Positions 30,891 through 40,940 of a stretch of DNA of 64,000 nucleotides are shown here, one piece after another. This stretch comes from Flavobacterium sp. (GTDB lineage Bacteria > Bacteroidota > Bacteroidia > Flavobacteriales > Flavobacteriaceae): assembly GCF_004295795.1 (NCBI RefSeq), contig NZ_SEBR01000002.1, positions 204,280-268,279 of the forward strand, given 5' to 3'. The notes beneath the pieces were generated by a model, which searched no databases, was not told the DNA's origin, and saw nothing but the letters and a program-made list of their open reading frames with translations. The stretch's first letter is position 1, and every line of letters starts with the position of its first letter. The position numbers and the translations under genes are program-made.

Positions 30891-30892
30891 TC

Positions 30893-31531
30893 GTGATTAA
30901 AAAATGGGTATATTATCTTAGCATCATCGCAATTATCGCCTTTCTGAGTTACGGTTTCAAACCGTTCAATCTACAAGCTCACGATTGGTTCAACACTTCG
31001 GGTGAAGACCAACTTTCCTACAATTATCCTTCGCTCAACTCAGCCGAGTACGACAACCAAAGAATTCCATTTACCGGAAAATTTTTCGTGGCTTACAAAG
31101 AAGCCATCGCCAAGCGCGAATCCCAAGGCCAATATAAGTTGGTGAATACTTTCGGGTATATGGGCAAATACCAGTTCGGTAAATCGGCATTGCGCGCCAT
31201 CGGAATCCACAACTTCAGCAACTTCCTGCGCAATCCTTCACTTCAGGAAAAAGCGTTCGAGGCTTTGTGCTCGCGCAACAAATATGAGTTGCGAAAGGAA
31301 ATTGCGAGATACGACGGGAAGATCGTCGGCGGAATAAAAGTCACTGAATCGGGCATCCTTGCTGCGGCGCATTTGGGCGGAGCGGCCTCGGTAAAACGCT
31401 TTTTCGCCAGCAACGGCGCGCGTTTCCTTAGAGACGGATACGGAACTTCAATCAAAAGTTACATGCGAAAATTCGGAGGTTACGAAACCGTGGGAATCGT
31501 CGCCGACAGTAACGCGACTGTTCAACTTTGA
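30893..31531 (+). CDS. Lysozyme-like / lytic transglycosylase-like membrane-anchored protein
   Basis: GTG start, N-terminal TM; RESQGQY...NTFGYMGKYQFG, AAAHLGGA. Confidence 0.75.
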   Translation: MIKKWVYYLSIIAIIAFLSYGFKPFNLQAHDWFNTSGEDQLSYNYPSLNSAEYDNQRIPFTGKFFVAYKEAIAKRESQGQYKLVNTFGYMGKYQFGKSALRAIGIHNFSNFLRNPSLQEKAFEALCSRNKYELRKEIARYDGKIVGGIKVTESGILAAAHLGGAASVKRFFASNGARFLRDGYGTSIKSYMRKFGGYETVGIVADSNATVQL

Positions 31532-31560
31532 TCGAAAAAAGATACTTTGATTCGTGAAAA

Positions 31561-31582
31561 CTTGCTTCGGCAGGTTTTTTTT
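31561..31582 (+). terminator. Intrinsic terminator (UUCG loop)
   Basis: CTTGC-TTCG-GCAGG followed by a T run. Confidence 0.65.
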
Positions 31583-31685
31583 GTATCGAACTGCAAGCGC
31601 TTCAAGATTGGTCATTCAAGGAAATCCAAAAGCATAAAAAAACCTGCGTGTTCGGCAGGTTTTGTTGTTCTTGTATTTTCGGAGT

Positions 31686-32081
31686 CTACATTTTGGTGAA
31701 GATCAGCGTCGCTTCGGCTGCTTGGAAAATCAGTTCTTTGTCGGTGATTTTCGTGATTTTTCCTTCTGGCGTTTCGTTCGGCATTCCGTCGGTTTTTTGG
31801 AACAGTGACTTTCCGTCTTCCGAAACCGTGTAAGTGCCGGTTCCCGCAGCTTGTCCGGCGGCGCTTTTGCTATTGAATTTTCCGTCCTTTTCAAAACAGA
31901 CGACAGTGCTGACGACCTGTTTTTTGATTTCTGCCATTTGCGGCGGTTCCGGAGTCAGCTTGAAGTCCGTGAGTTTCCAGCATCCGACAAGTGCTTTTTC
32001 GGTTTTTGCTTTTTGGGCGAATACTTGCGAAGTAGAGAAGAAGCAGATCGAAAAAAGGGCGAATAGGAGAATGCGTTTCAT
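31686..32081 (-). CDS. Secreted lipocalin-like hypothetical protein
   Basis: Signal peptide ending VFAQ; LVGCWKL motif; GTYTVSEDGK. Confidence 0.7.
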   Translation of the reverse strand: MKRILLFALFSICFFSTSQVFAQKAKTEKALVGCWKLTDFKLTPEPPQMAEIKKQVVSTVVCFEKDGKFNSKSAAGQAAGTGTYTVSEDGKSLFQKTDGMPNETPEGKITKITDKELIFQAAEATLIFTKM

Positions 32082-32217
32082 ATGTCTTTATTTTTGTGGT
32101 TGAATAGTTATCGAAATCACGGATATCTAACGCAGTTTCGGATGTTTCAGTATTTGTCTTGGCATAAATTCCAGATGTATCCGATTTCGAAAGGCAATAA
32201 TTTCCGGACAGAAAATG

Positions 32218-32943
32218 TCAGTTCTTGTGAATGATGAAAATCGCCGGACGGTTCTGCAAATCGGGCAAATGTTTCTTCCAGTCTGAAACCTTGAGCGTTC
32301 GGATGAATTCCGTGGGAAGCGTAATGTCTGCGGCGATGCACAAAAGCGTATTCGGTTGAAGGGTTTGTAACAAATCCTCGACGAATTTGTTGTTGCGATA
32401 AGGCGTTTCTATAAAAAGCTGCGATTGATCCTTGTCGCCCGAAAGTTTCTCGAAATTCTTGATCGCGGTTTTTCGTTCAGATTTGTCGATTGGAAGATAA
32501 CCGTTGAAGGCAAAACTCTGTCCGTTCATGCCCGAACCCATCATGGCAAGCAAAATGGACGAAGGCCCGACAAGCGGAATCACCTGAATGCCTTTTTCAT
32601 GCGCGAGTTTTACGATCACCGCGCCCGGATCAGCGACTCCGGGGCAACCGGCTTCACTCATAAGACCGATGTTTTTGCCGTGAAGCAAAGGTTCGATCAT
32701 GGCTTTGAGTTCGCTTTCTTCGGTTCTTTTGTTGAGAAGCGAAATGCGCAAATCAGGCTGTTTTTTTTCGGGATGGACGAGTTTGATGAACTTTCGCGCC
32801 GTTTTTTCGTTCTCGACAATATAGTCGCTGATGAAATCGATGGTGCGTTTTATGGTTTGCGGCAGGACGTCATTCGGGTCGTCGTTTTCGCCAAGCGTCG
32901 TCGGAATCAGGTAGAGTTTCCCTAAGACAGTAAACGGTTTCAT
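32218..32943 (-). CDS. Tetrapyrrole-methylase-family SAM methyltransferase (RsmI-like)
   Basis: LYLIPTTLG, SEAGCPGVADPG, PLVGPSS, FIETPYRN. Confidence 0.88.
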   Translation of the reverse strand: MKPFTVLGKLYLIPTTLGENDDPNDVLPQTIKRTIDFISDYIVENEKTARKFIKLVHPEKKQPDLRISLLNKRTEESELKAMIEPLLHGKNIGLMSEAGCPGVADPGAVIVKLAHEKGIQVIPLVGPSSILLAMMGSGMNGQSFAFNGYLPIDKSERKTAIKNFEKLSGDKDQSQLFIETPYRNNKFVEDLLQTLQPNTLLCIAADITLPTEFIRTLKVSDWKKHLPDLQNRPAIFIIHKN

Positions 32944-33407
32944 GGATTTTCCGCTTTTAGTTTGTCGGCGATATTGGCCGTGGCTTCGTCCAGCATTGCG
33001 TAGACTTTGTTGAATCCGTCATGCAATCCGAAATAGGGATCAGGCACGTCCATGTTTTCGCCAGGAAAAAGTTCGTTCAGGATAAGTTTGACTTTGTTTC
33101 GGTCGTCGTCGTTTCTTGCCAATGCTTTCACATTCGATAGATTGCTCGCATCCATCACAAAAATATAGTCGAAGGTATCGAAGTCGGAAACCTTGAATTG
33201 ACGGCCACGTTGTCTCGAAATGTCGAGTCCGTTGCGTTTTGCGACTTCGATCGAACGTTCATCAGGGCAAGACCCGACGTGCCAATCGCCTGTTCCGGCA
33301 GAATCGACCGTGAATTTATCGCTTGGTAGCTTGGCTGCCAAAAGTCCTTCCGCCAGCGGAGAACGGCAAATGTTTCCAAGGCAGACCATCAGGATTTTAA
33401 CCGACAT
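32940..33407 (-). CDS. Low-molecular-weight protein-tyrosine phosphatase
   Basis: VCLGNICRSP, DSAGT, DVPDPY. Confidence 0.95.
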   Translation of the reverse strand: MSVKILMVCLGNICRSPLAEGLLAAKLPSDKFTVDSAGTGDWHVGSCPDERSIEVAKRNGLDISRQRGRQFKVSDFDTFDYIFVMDASNLSNVKALARNDDDRNKVKLILNELFPGENMDVPDPYFGLHDGFNKVYAMLDEATANIADKLKAENP

Positions 33408-33409
33408 GA

Positions 33410-34837
33410 TTACAAAGAAAGTTTCTTGTTGATATCCTCTACGAATTTCTTGAATTGCTTGTCGGTAGAAACCAGGTTGTCGACAGTTTTACAAGCATGC
33501 AAAACCGTGGCGTGGTCGCGGTCGCCGATTTGTGATCCGATGTTCGCCAAAGAAGCTTTCGTGAATTTCTTGGCAAAGAACATGGCCAACTGACGCGCCT
33601 GGACTACGTGGCGTTTTCTGGTTTTCGACTGAAGCGTCTCGATGTCGAGCTGGAAATAATCGGATACGATCTTTTGGATGTATTCGATGGAAATCTCTCG
33701 CTTTACGTTCTTTACGAACTTCTCGACGACATTTTTGGCCAGGTCGAGCGTGACTTCCTTTTTGTTGAAAGACGATTGGGCAATCAGTGAAATGATAGCG
33801 CCTTCGAGTTCGCGCACGTTTGTTTTGATGTTGCGCGCCACATATTCAATGATGTCTTCCGGCATTTCGACGCCGTCGCGGTACAAGATGTTGCGAAGGA
33901 TGGAAACGCGGGTTTCATAATCGGGTTGGTGCAATTCTGCCGACAGCCCCCATTTGAAACGCGAAAGCAATCTTTGTTCGATGTCCTGCATGTCAACCGG
34001 CGCTTTGTCAGAAGTCAGGATGACCTGTTTTCCGTTTTGGTGCAGATAGTTGAAAATGTGGAAGAAAACGTCCTGCGTTCCCGATTTTCCGGAAAGGAAC
34101 TGCACGTCGTCAATGATCAAAACATCTATCAATTGATAGAAGTGGATGAAGTCGTTGCGGTTGTTCTTTTTTACCGAGTCGATGTATTGTTGGGTGAAAA
34201 CTTCGGCTGAAATATACAGCACGGTCTTTTCGGGATATTTGTCTTTGATCTCAACTCCGATGGCGTGTGCCAAATGCGTTTTCCCCAAACCGACACCTCC
34301 GAAAATCAAAAGCGGGTTGAACGACGTTCCGCCCGGCTTGTTTGCGACCGCCATACCGGCAGAACGCGCCAAACGGTTCGAATCGCCTTCGAGGAAATTG
34401 TCGAAACTGTAATTTGGATTGAGTTGTGATTCGATTTTTAGGTTGCGAATGCCGGGAATCACGAAAGGGTTTTTGAGTTCCGGGCTTAGATTGCGAACCG
34501 GAGCGTCGACCTCTTGCGCGCGCATAGGCGAACGATGTGCGCTTGGCAACTGTTCCGTGAACGGCTGTTTGTTGCCATAGGTATTCTCCATTTTGATTTT
34601 ATAGAGTAACTTCGCGTTTTTTCCGAGTTCTTTGGTCAGGGCAACCTTGAGCAACTTTACGTAATGTTCCTCGAGCCATTCGTAGAAGAATTTACTCGGA
34701 ACCTGAATGTAAAGCGCGTTGTCGGTGAGCTCAACTGACTTGATTGGTTCGAACCAGGTTTTGTATGCCTGCTCCTGGATATTGTCCTTTATAAACGATA
34801 GACAGTTTTCCCATACCGATTGCGCAGTTTTGCTCAT
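33410..34837 (-). CDS. dnaA: Chromosomal replication initiator DnaA
   Basis: FNPLLIFGGVGLGKTHL, LIIDDVQF, RLLSRF, NVRELEGA, RDHATVLHA. Confidence 0.98.
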   Translation of the reverse strand: MSKTAQSVWENCLSFIKDNIQEQAYKTWFEPIKSVELTDNALYIQVPSKFFYEWLEEHYVKLLKVALTKELGKNAKLLYKIKMENTYGNKQPFTEQLPSAHRSPMRAQEVDAPVRNLSPELKNPFVIPGIRNLKIESQLNPNYSFDNFLEGDSNRLARSAGMAVANKPGGTSFNPLLIFGGVGLGKTHLAHAIGVEIKDKYPEKTVLYISAEVFTQQYIDSVKKNNRNDFIHFYQLIDVLIIDDVQFLSGKSGTQDVFFHIFNYLHQNGKQVILTSDKAPVDMQDIEQRLLSRFKWGLSAELHQPDYETRVSILRNILYRDGVEMPEDIIEYVARNIKTNVRELEGAIISLIAQSSFNKKEVTLDLAKNVVEKFVKNVKREISIEYIQKIVSDYFQLDIETLQSKTRKRHVVQARQLAMFFAKKFTKASLANIGSQIGDRDHATVLHACKTVDNLVSTDKQFKKFVEDINKKLSL

Positions 34838-35029
34838 AGATGACTGTAAAATTTTTAATTATTAAAGGTTATCTTACAAAAGAAAAGTGGCGTCTTTTGT
34901 ACCTCTTTTGGGAGAACAAATATGTGAACAAAAATCCTTAAAAAAAAATAATTTCCACGTTGATTTTTCAAAATTATTATTGTAAGCACAACGTTAGAAA
35001 AATGTTAAAATTTCATTACTAATACACTC

Positions 35030-35452
35030 ATGAGAGAAGACAAAATCCAAGTGCGGGTGCGCTATTCCGAGACCGATCAAATGGGCGTCGTCTACCACGG
35101 TTCCTACATTCCTTACTTCGAAATAGGGCGCGTGGAGTGGCTTCGCAAGCTTGGCGTTTCCTACAAGGTAATGGAAGAAAACGGGATCGCTTTGCCCATA
35201 GTTTCCATGCACTTAAACTACAAAAAACCCGCGAGGTACGACGAGCTTTTAACAGTTAAGACAACGCTAAAAAAACACGCTTCGGTCAAAATAGAATTCG
35301 ACTGTAAAATCGAAAATGAGGCAGGCGATTTGCTCACGACGGCACACTTCATTTTGGTGTTCGTCGATATAAAAACAGGACGTCCGGTTGCGCCTCCCGA
35401 CTACATCAAAACAATCCTGGTCAATTTTGAAAACGAACCCGAAAACAACTAG
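35030..35452 (+). CDS. Acyl-CoA thioesterase (YbgC/4HBT family)
   Basis: RVRYSETDQMGVVYH, YFEIGR, PARYDELL. Confidence 0.9.
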   Translation: MREDKIQVRVRYSETDQMGVVYHGSYIPYFEIGRVEWLRKLGVSYKVMEENGIALPIVSMHLNYKKPARYDELLTVKTTLKKHASVKIEFDCKIENEAGDLLTTAHFILVFVDIKTGRPVAPPDYIKTILVNFENEPENN

Positions 35453-35462
35453 AGTTATTAAC

Positions 35463-35496
35463 AATTATCAATTAATATTATCAATTAATAATTATA
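35463..35496. repeat. AATTNNN heptamer array between convergent genes
   Basis: AATTATC AATTAAT ATTATC AATTAAT AATTATA. Confidence 0.65.
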
Positions 35497-36094
35497 CTTC
35501 GGACACTGAAATCCCGTAAATCGCCTCGAAAGCCGTCAGCGTTTCCGTGGCGTTTCTTTTTCTGACCGAAAACGTGATCTCGCAGTCAAGCTCCATTTTT
35601 TGAGAGACGACATTGAGGTTTTTCTCGCGGATTATCCGCATGACCTTATTGATGTCTTTGTATTCGAAAGCGACCATATAATATAGGTCGATCGTTTTTT
35701 CGACGATTTCGCTGGCTTCGAGTGCCATTTGTGCCGATGTTCGGTATGCCGAAATCAGTCCGCCGACGCCCAGTTTCACGCCTCCGAAAAAGCGCACGGA
35801 AACCACCAGGACATTGGTGACGCCAAACGACTGGATTTGCCCGTAAATGGGCATTCCGGCCGAGTTTGACGGTTCGCCGTCGTCGTTGGCGCGGTATTGG
35901 ATTTTGTCGGTTCCGATCTGGAAAGCGTAGCAAAAATGCACCGCGCCGACGTGTTGCCTGCGCAGTTGTTCCAAGTGCATTTTGACTTGTTCCTCTGTAT
36001 TTACCGGGAAAGCGTATCCGAAAAACTTGCTGCCTTTTTCCTTGTAAAGCGTTTCTTCGGATGGATTTTCAAGCGTTTTGTAAGTGTCGTCCAA
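35492..36094 (-). CDS. yigZ: YigZ/IMPACT family protein
   Basis: EKGSKFFG, HFCYA, NDDGEPSNSAG, VRFFGGVKLGVGGL; TTG start. Confidence 0.92.
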   Translation of the reverse strand: MDDTYKTLENPSEETLYKEKGSKFFGYAFPVNTEEQVKMHLEQLRRQHVGAVHFCYAFQIGTDKIQYRANDDGEPSNSAGMPIYGQIQSFGVTNVLVVSVRFFGGVKLGVGGLISAYRTSAQMALEASEIVEKTIDLYYMVAFEYKDINKVMRIIREKNLNVVSQKMELDCEITFSVRKRNATETLTAFEAIYGISVSEV

Positions 36095-36703
36095 TTAAGC
36101 GGTCTCGAATTTTTTCTCGAACAAATGTACGACATCTTCTTCACCGACTTTTAGGTTCCAAACCTGAAGTCCGGCCTGGCGCGCCGCATCGGTGTTTTCT
36201 TTTTTGTCGTCTATGAACAAGGTTCGTTTTGGCGACAGGTCGTGTTTGCGGATGATGTAGTTGAAAATCTCGACATCTGGTTTTCGCATGCCCATTTCGT
36301 AGGAATAGTAGACTTTCTCGAAACAGCGGTAAAAGTCGCCCGCAAAGGTCGATCCGACGAGTTCTTCAAAATGTGCGATGTGGATCTGGTCAGTGTTCGT
36401 GAGCAGGAACATTCTGTAACGCCCGCAAAGCATCTGAAGGAATTCCAACCTTTCAAGCGGAAAATCGCCTATCACCAAGTTCCACGCGGCGCGGATTTCT
36501 TCGACTTTTGCGTTTGGGATGAATTTTGAAAATCCGTCGAGAAACGATTTTTCCGAAATATGGCCTTTCTCGAATTTGTCGTTGAGCTCGACGAGTTCGT
36601 CATTTGGGCCGTCGATCCCGAGTTTGCGAAAAGCCTCAACCGAAGCTTCCTTGTCAAGATTCACGAAAATGTCGCCAAAGTCAAAGATTATGGTGTTGAT
36701 CAT
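36095..36703 (-). CDS. HAD-family phosphatase (YihX-like)
   Basis: FDFGD, LTNT, KPD, FIDD. Confidence 0.9.
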   Translation of the reverse strand: MINTIIFDFGDIFVNLDKEASVEAFRKLGIDGPNDELVELNDKFEKGHISEKSFLDGFSKFIPNAKVEEIRAAWNLVIGDFPLERLEFLQMLCGRYRMFLLTNTDQIHIAHFEELVGSTFAGDFYRCFEKVYYSYEMGMRKPDVEIFNYIIRKHDLSPKRTLFIDDKKENTDAARQAGLQVWNLKVGEEDVVHLFEKKFETA

Positions 36704-37727
36704 AATTGCGGTACATTAAAAGTTCGTCCCCGAAAACATCGCGTTTTTCGTCGTAATTGTGCTGAAAATCGGGCGCTTTGGTTCCTGTTTTTAAAACAGT
36801 TTTGGAGCGGAATACCCGAGCTTCATCCCAAATTCCGGCATCGATAAAAGCCTGAAGCGTTTTGCGTCCGCCTTCGACTATCACCGATTGGATGTCGTGC
36901 TGTCGCAAAACCTCGCAAATTTGAGTAACGGGCGTATCGTCAAAATCTACTATCGCGGTTTGCGCATACTCCAATTTCGATTGCGAAAGCGCTATTGTTT
37001 TTGCCTGATTATCAAATATATAATTTTCTTTCGGAATGCGATGTTTTCGGTCGAGAACAATTCTGACCGGATTATTTCCTTTCCAGTCGCGAGCCGTAAG
37101 CGAAGGATTGTCGTCGATCGCGGTTTGTGTTCCGACCAAAATCGCGTGTTCTTCGGTTCGCCATTTGTGCACAAGCTGACGCGAATATTGATTTGTGAGC
37201 CAGATTGGTTTTGCTTCAGATTTGGATTCTGGCGACAAAAATCCGTCCTGACTTTGCGCCCATTTCAGAATTATGTACGGACGTTTTTTGTTCTGGAAAG
37301 TGAAAAATCGTCGGTTCAGTTCAAAACAGTGTTTTTCGAGAATTCCGACGGTTACGGTTTTGTCCGATTCCATGAGTTTGGCGATGCCTTTTCCGGAAAC
37401 TTTCTCGTTCGGGTCGACGCAACCCACGACGATATTCGGGATTTCGTTGGCGATTATCAGGTCGCAACAAGGCGGCGTTTTTCCGAAATGGCTGCAAGGT
37501 TCGAGCGTGACGTAAATCGTCGATTTTTTCAGAAGCGATTTGTCCTTCACGGAATTCACGGCGTTGACTTCGGCATGCGCTTCGCCCGATTTCCTGTGCC
37601 AGCCTTCGCCGATAATCTTGCCGTCGCACACAATTACGCTGCCCACGATCGGGTTCGGATATGTTAAACCCAAACCTCCTGAAGCCAGTTGGAGCGCGCG
37701 TTCCATGAATTTTTCGTGTTCGACCAT
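36681..37727 (-). CDS. ribD: Riboflavin biosynthesis deaminase/reductase RibD
   Basis: PNPIVG, HAE, LEPCSHFGKTPPC, VEGG. Confidence 0.96.
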   Translation of the reverse strand: MVEHEKFMERALQLASGGLGLTYPNPIVGSVIVCDGKIIGEGWHRKSGEAHAEVNAVNSVKDKSLLKKSTIYVTLEPCSHFGKTPPCCDLIIANEIPNIVVGCVDPNEKVSGKGIAKLMESDKTVTVGILEKHCFELNRRFFTFQNKKRPYIILKWAQSQDGFLSPESKSEAKPIWLTNQYSRQLVHKWRTEEHAILVGTQTAIDDNPSLTARDWKGNNPVRIVLDRKHRIPKENYIFDNQAKTIALSQSKLEYAQTAIVDFDDTPVTQICEVLRQHDIQSVIVEGGRKTLQAFIDAGIWDEARVFRSKTVLKTGTKAPDFQHNYDEKRDVFGDELLMYRNYDQHHNL

Positions 37728-37787
37728 GACACAAAAATAGGCAATCACGGCCGTATGAGCTATATTTGTAAGAAACCGAATCTACTC

Positions 37788-38285
37788 ATGTCTGAACTTA
37801 CTATACGCCTTATCAACGAAAAAGACGACGCCAAAATCGCGTCAATCATCAGGGAAAGCCTTTTGGAATTTGACGCTCCCGAAGCCGGAAGTGCCCTTGG
37901 AGACGCCGAACTCGACTACATGACAAAAGCGTTTTCAGAAGAAAAATCAGCATATTTTATCGCCGAGGAAGACGGCAAGATCTTGGGCGGAGCCGGAATC
38001 GCGTCTCTCGACACGTCTGACGAAGAAACCTGCGAACTTCGAAAAATGTATCTGTCGCAAAATTCGCGCGGAAAGGGAATCGGGGCGGCGTTGATGCAAG
38101 CTTGTCTCAACCAGGCGCAATTTTTCGGATACAAATTCTGCTACATAGAAACGTTTCCGTCCATGCGCGATGCCCAGAAATTGTATGTGAAAGCTGGATT
38201 TTACTACTTGAATTCCTCGAAAGGTTCGACAGGCCACACGGCTTGCACGGTTTGGCTGCAAAAGGAATTGTCCGATGGAAATTAA
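37788..38285 (+). CDS. GNAT N-acetyltransferase
   Basis: CELRKMY, RGKGIG, LYVKAGF; TATATTTG at 37761-37768. Confidence 0.88.
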   Translation: MSELTIRLINEKDDAKIASIIRESLLEFDAPEAGSALGDAELDYMTKAFSEEKSAYFIAEEDGKILGGAGIASLDTSDEETCELRKMYLSQNSRGKGIGAALMQACLNQAQFFGYKFCYIETFPSMRDAQKLYVKAGFYYLNSSKGSTGHTACTVWLQKELSDGN

Positions 38286-39120
38286 GCAGCTTCGCGAGGC
38301 GTTTTTGCGTGAACTGACTCCAGTTTACGACGCGATCGAGGCCGAGAGCTTTTTTTATTTGTTGTCCGAAGCGTATCTTTCGATGAAAAGGATCGATGTG
38401 GCGATGCATCCGACAAAGGAAATTCCGAAAGCTGAAATCGACCGTTTCGAATCGGCTAAAGAAAAACTCAAAGCCCAAATTCCGATACAATATATAATAG
38501 GTAAGGCGTATTTTTATTCACTCGAGTTCGAAGTGAACGAAAATGTACTGATTCCGCGGCCGGAAACCGAGGAATTGGTCGATTGGATCAAAACCGATTT
38601 TGAATTCAAAGGCAATCCTGAAATCCTCGACATAGGAACTGGAAGCGGTTGCATCGCGGTTTCACTCGCAAGGAATTTGCCCGATGCGAAAGTTTCTGCC
38701 ATCGATGTTTCGGACAAAGCTTTGGAAATGGCCAAACGCAACGCCGACACAAATCAAGTTGCCGTAAATTTCGTGCGTCGCGATATTCTGGAAACATCAA
38801 GTTTGGATCGCAAATATGACGTTATCGTTTCGAATCCGCCTTATGTGCGCCATTTGGAAAAAGAGGAAATGCGCAAGAATGTTTTGGAACACGAGCCACA
38901 TTTGGCGCTTTTTGTCGAAAACGACGACGCTTTGATCTTCTACCGCAAAATCGCGGAATTGGCTTTTGAAAATTTGAATCAAGATGGAACGCTTTACTTC
39001 GAAATCAACCAGTATTTGGGTTCGGAAACCGTGCAAATGCTAGAGTCGAAAGGATTTTCAAAAGTGGAACTTCGCAAAGATCTGTTCGGGAACGACAGAA
39101 TGATAAAGGCGCAAAAATAA
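38275..39120 (+). CDS. prmC: Release factor glutamine methyltransferase
   Basis: PIQYIIG, VLIPRPETEEL, LDIGTGSG, SNPPY. Confidence 0.96.
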   Translation: MEIKQLREAFLRELTPVYDAIEAESFFYLLSEAYLSMKRIDVAMHPTKEIPKAEIDRFESAKEKLKAQIPIQYIIGKAYFYSLEFEVNENVLIPRPETEELVDWIKTDFEFKGNPEILDIGTGSGCIAVSLARNLPDAKVSAIDVSDKALEMAKRNADTNQVAVNFVRRDILETSSLDRKYDVIVSNPPYVRHLEKEEMRKNVLEHEPHLALFVENDDALIFYRKIAELAFENLNQDGTLYFEINQYLGSETVQMLESKGFSKVELRKDLFGNDRMIKAQK

Positions 39121-39127
39121 TTTCGCG

Positions 39128-39550
39128 ATGGAAAGATCGACCGCCCAAAAACTTGGAGTCAAAACCGGAATGCGCGCAATTTTCGTGAATTCGGAAAAGC
39201 TCGAAAGTACTTTCGGTTTGCCCGACGTCGACTTGAAAACGCGATTGTCGGCAGAATTCGACTTCATCATGGCGTTCTTCAAAACCCAATCGGAATTCAA
39301 GAGGACGTTTCCGAAACTCAAAATCCACCTCAAAAAAACCGGAATGCTCTGGCTTTCGTGGCCGAAATCACGTAAACTCAATTCCGATCTGAATCTGCCC
39401 AAAATAATTGAAATCGGCTATACCTTCGGATTGGTCGAAAGCAAAACGGTCAGTATCGACGAAACCTGGTCGGCGATAAAATTCACGCATCCGAAAAAGG
39501 GAAAAATTTACGAGAACAGTTTTGGGACTTTGCCCGAAAATCACTCGTAA
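39128..39550 (+). CDS. DUF3052-like hypothetical protein
   Basis: STAQKLGVK, GMLWLSWPK, GLVESKTVSIDETWSAIKF. Confidence 0.7.
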   Translation: MERSTAQKLGVKTGMRAIFVNSEKLESTFGLPDVDLKTRLSAEFDFIMAFFKTQSEFKRTFPKLKIHLKKTGMLWLSWPKSRKLNSDLNLPKIIEIGYTFGLVESKTVSIDETWSAIKFTHPKKGKIYENSFGTLPENHS

Positions 39551-40779
39551 CGCAAAGCTTCGATAGGATTGAGTCGCGAGGCCTTGATCGCGGGATAAAG
39601 TCCTGAAACGACAGCCACGGCGAAAGCGATTCCGAAAGCCAGCAACATCGCGATCCACGGTACGGCGAACGAGAATTTTAGCGCCATGGCAATGATCCAT
39701 CCGAGCAAAATTCCAAGAATCATACCCATAATGCCGCCAAGTTGCCCAATGACAACGGTTTCTATGAAAAATTGTACCGCGATCGTCGTGCGTTTTGCGC
39801 CCAAAGCTTTTCTCACACCAATTTCACGCGTTCTTTCGGTGACAGAAACCAACATGATGTTCATGAGCGCAATCGAAGATCCGAAAATCGTGATTGCGCC
39901 GATAACGCCGGCTGCGACCGTGAGATAACCCGTAATTTCCTGGATTTTCTTGATGAGATCGTCGCTTCTTGAAATGCCGAAGTTGCTTACCTGTGTTGGA
40001 TGCAAACCGCGGATGTTCCGGAAAGCCAGCGCCGCGCGATCGACCGCGTCGCCAAGCATTTCCTTGCGTTGCACCATCGCGCTCACGTTGTAATTGATGT
40101 TTGGAGCCGTGAAAAGTGACCGCGCGACCTGAATTGGGATAATCACACGCAAATCCTGGCTGTTGCCGAAAGTCGAACCTTTTTCCTTGAGGATTCCGAT
40201 GACGCGGAAACGCGCGCCGCGAACCGAAATTACTTTGTCGATCGGGTTGACGTTCTTGAGCAATCCCTTGCCGAAATCGGATCCTACGATGCACGAATAC
40301 GTATTGTTCGAAACGTCGAAAGTGGTGAAATTGCGGCCTTTGTCGATTTCGAGTCCGGAGTTTGGCAGGAAGAATTCATCGGCACCCAAAATCGTGATGT
40401 CGGGATCTGATTTTTCCGATTCGAACCTGACTTCGGCCTTTGAGGTTGCCGTGAACGAAAGCGAAACGGTCGTTCCGGGAAAGTCGAAATTTTCTTTGAA
40501 CGCTTTGGCCTGCGCGTAGGAAATCACAGGATTCGGGCGTTTTTCGTCGTTTCCGTCGTATTGTTGGCTGTAATCGTATTGTTGCAGATTGAATGTGTTT
40601 GCGCCCATCGAGGCAAAATCTCTCGAAAGTGTGTTCTCGAGCGCCGAAACGACCGTAAGGATGCAAACCAAGGCCATGATTCCGATCCCGATGATGAAAA
40701 CCGTCAGAATCGTGCGCAGCAATTGGGCTTTGATCGAGCCGAGGGCGATGTTGATGTTTTCCCGAAGTAGTTTGAACAT
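39541..40779 (-). CDS. ABC transporter permease (MacB/FtsX family)
   Basis: LRTILT, periplasmic domain, MNIMLVSVTERTREIGVRKALGA, PIEALRYE. Confidence 0.93.
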   Translation of the reverse strand: MFKLLRENINIALGSIKAQLLRTILTVFIIGIGIMALVCILTVVSALENTLSRDFASMGANTFNLQQYDYSQQYDGNDEKRPNPVISYAQAKAFKENFDFPGTTVSLSFTATSKAEVRFESEKSDPDITILGADEFFLPNSGLEIDKGRNFTTFDVSNNTYSCIVGSDFGKGLLKNVNPIDKVISVRGARFRVIGILKEKGSTFGNSQDLRVIIPIQVARSLFTAPNINYNVSAMVQRKEMLGDAVDRAALAFRNIRGLHPTQVSNFGISRSDDLIKKIQEITGYLTVAAGVIGAITIFGSSIALMNIMLVSVTERTREIGVRKALGAKRTTIAVQFFIETVVIGQLGGIMGMILGILLGWIIAMALKFSFAVPWIAMLLAFGIAFAVAVVSGLYPAIKASRLNPIEALRYE

Positions 40780-40940
40780 TGGTTTGTTGTGAAATTATCG
40801 GAATGTCGTGATGTCGGATTTCTGAATCGACTGAATCTTATTCCGCCACTAAAATACGATTATTTCCACCCGTCAAACAGGTTCGCAATCGCTTTTTATT
40901 CCTAGGTTAAATCCCGATATTTGCGCCTCATTCCACAATT

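Noticed and set aside
34838-35029. oriC next to dnaA
   Set aside because: AT-rich, but only one degenerate box (TTGTTCACA, 34923-34931) was found, too little to call an origin.
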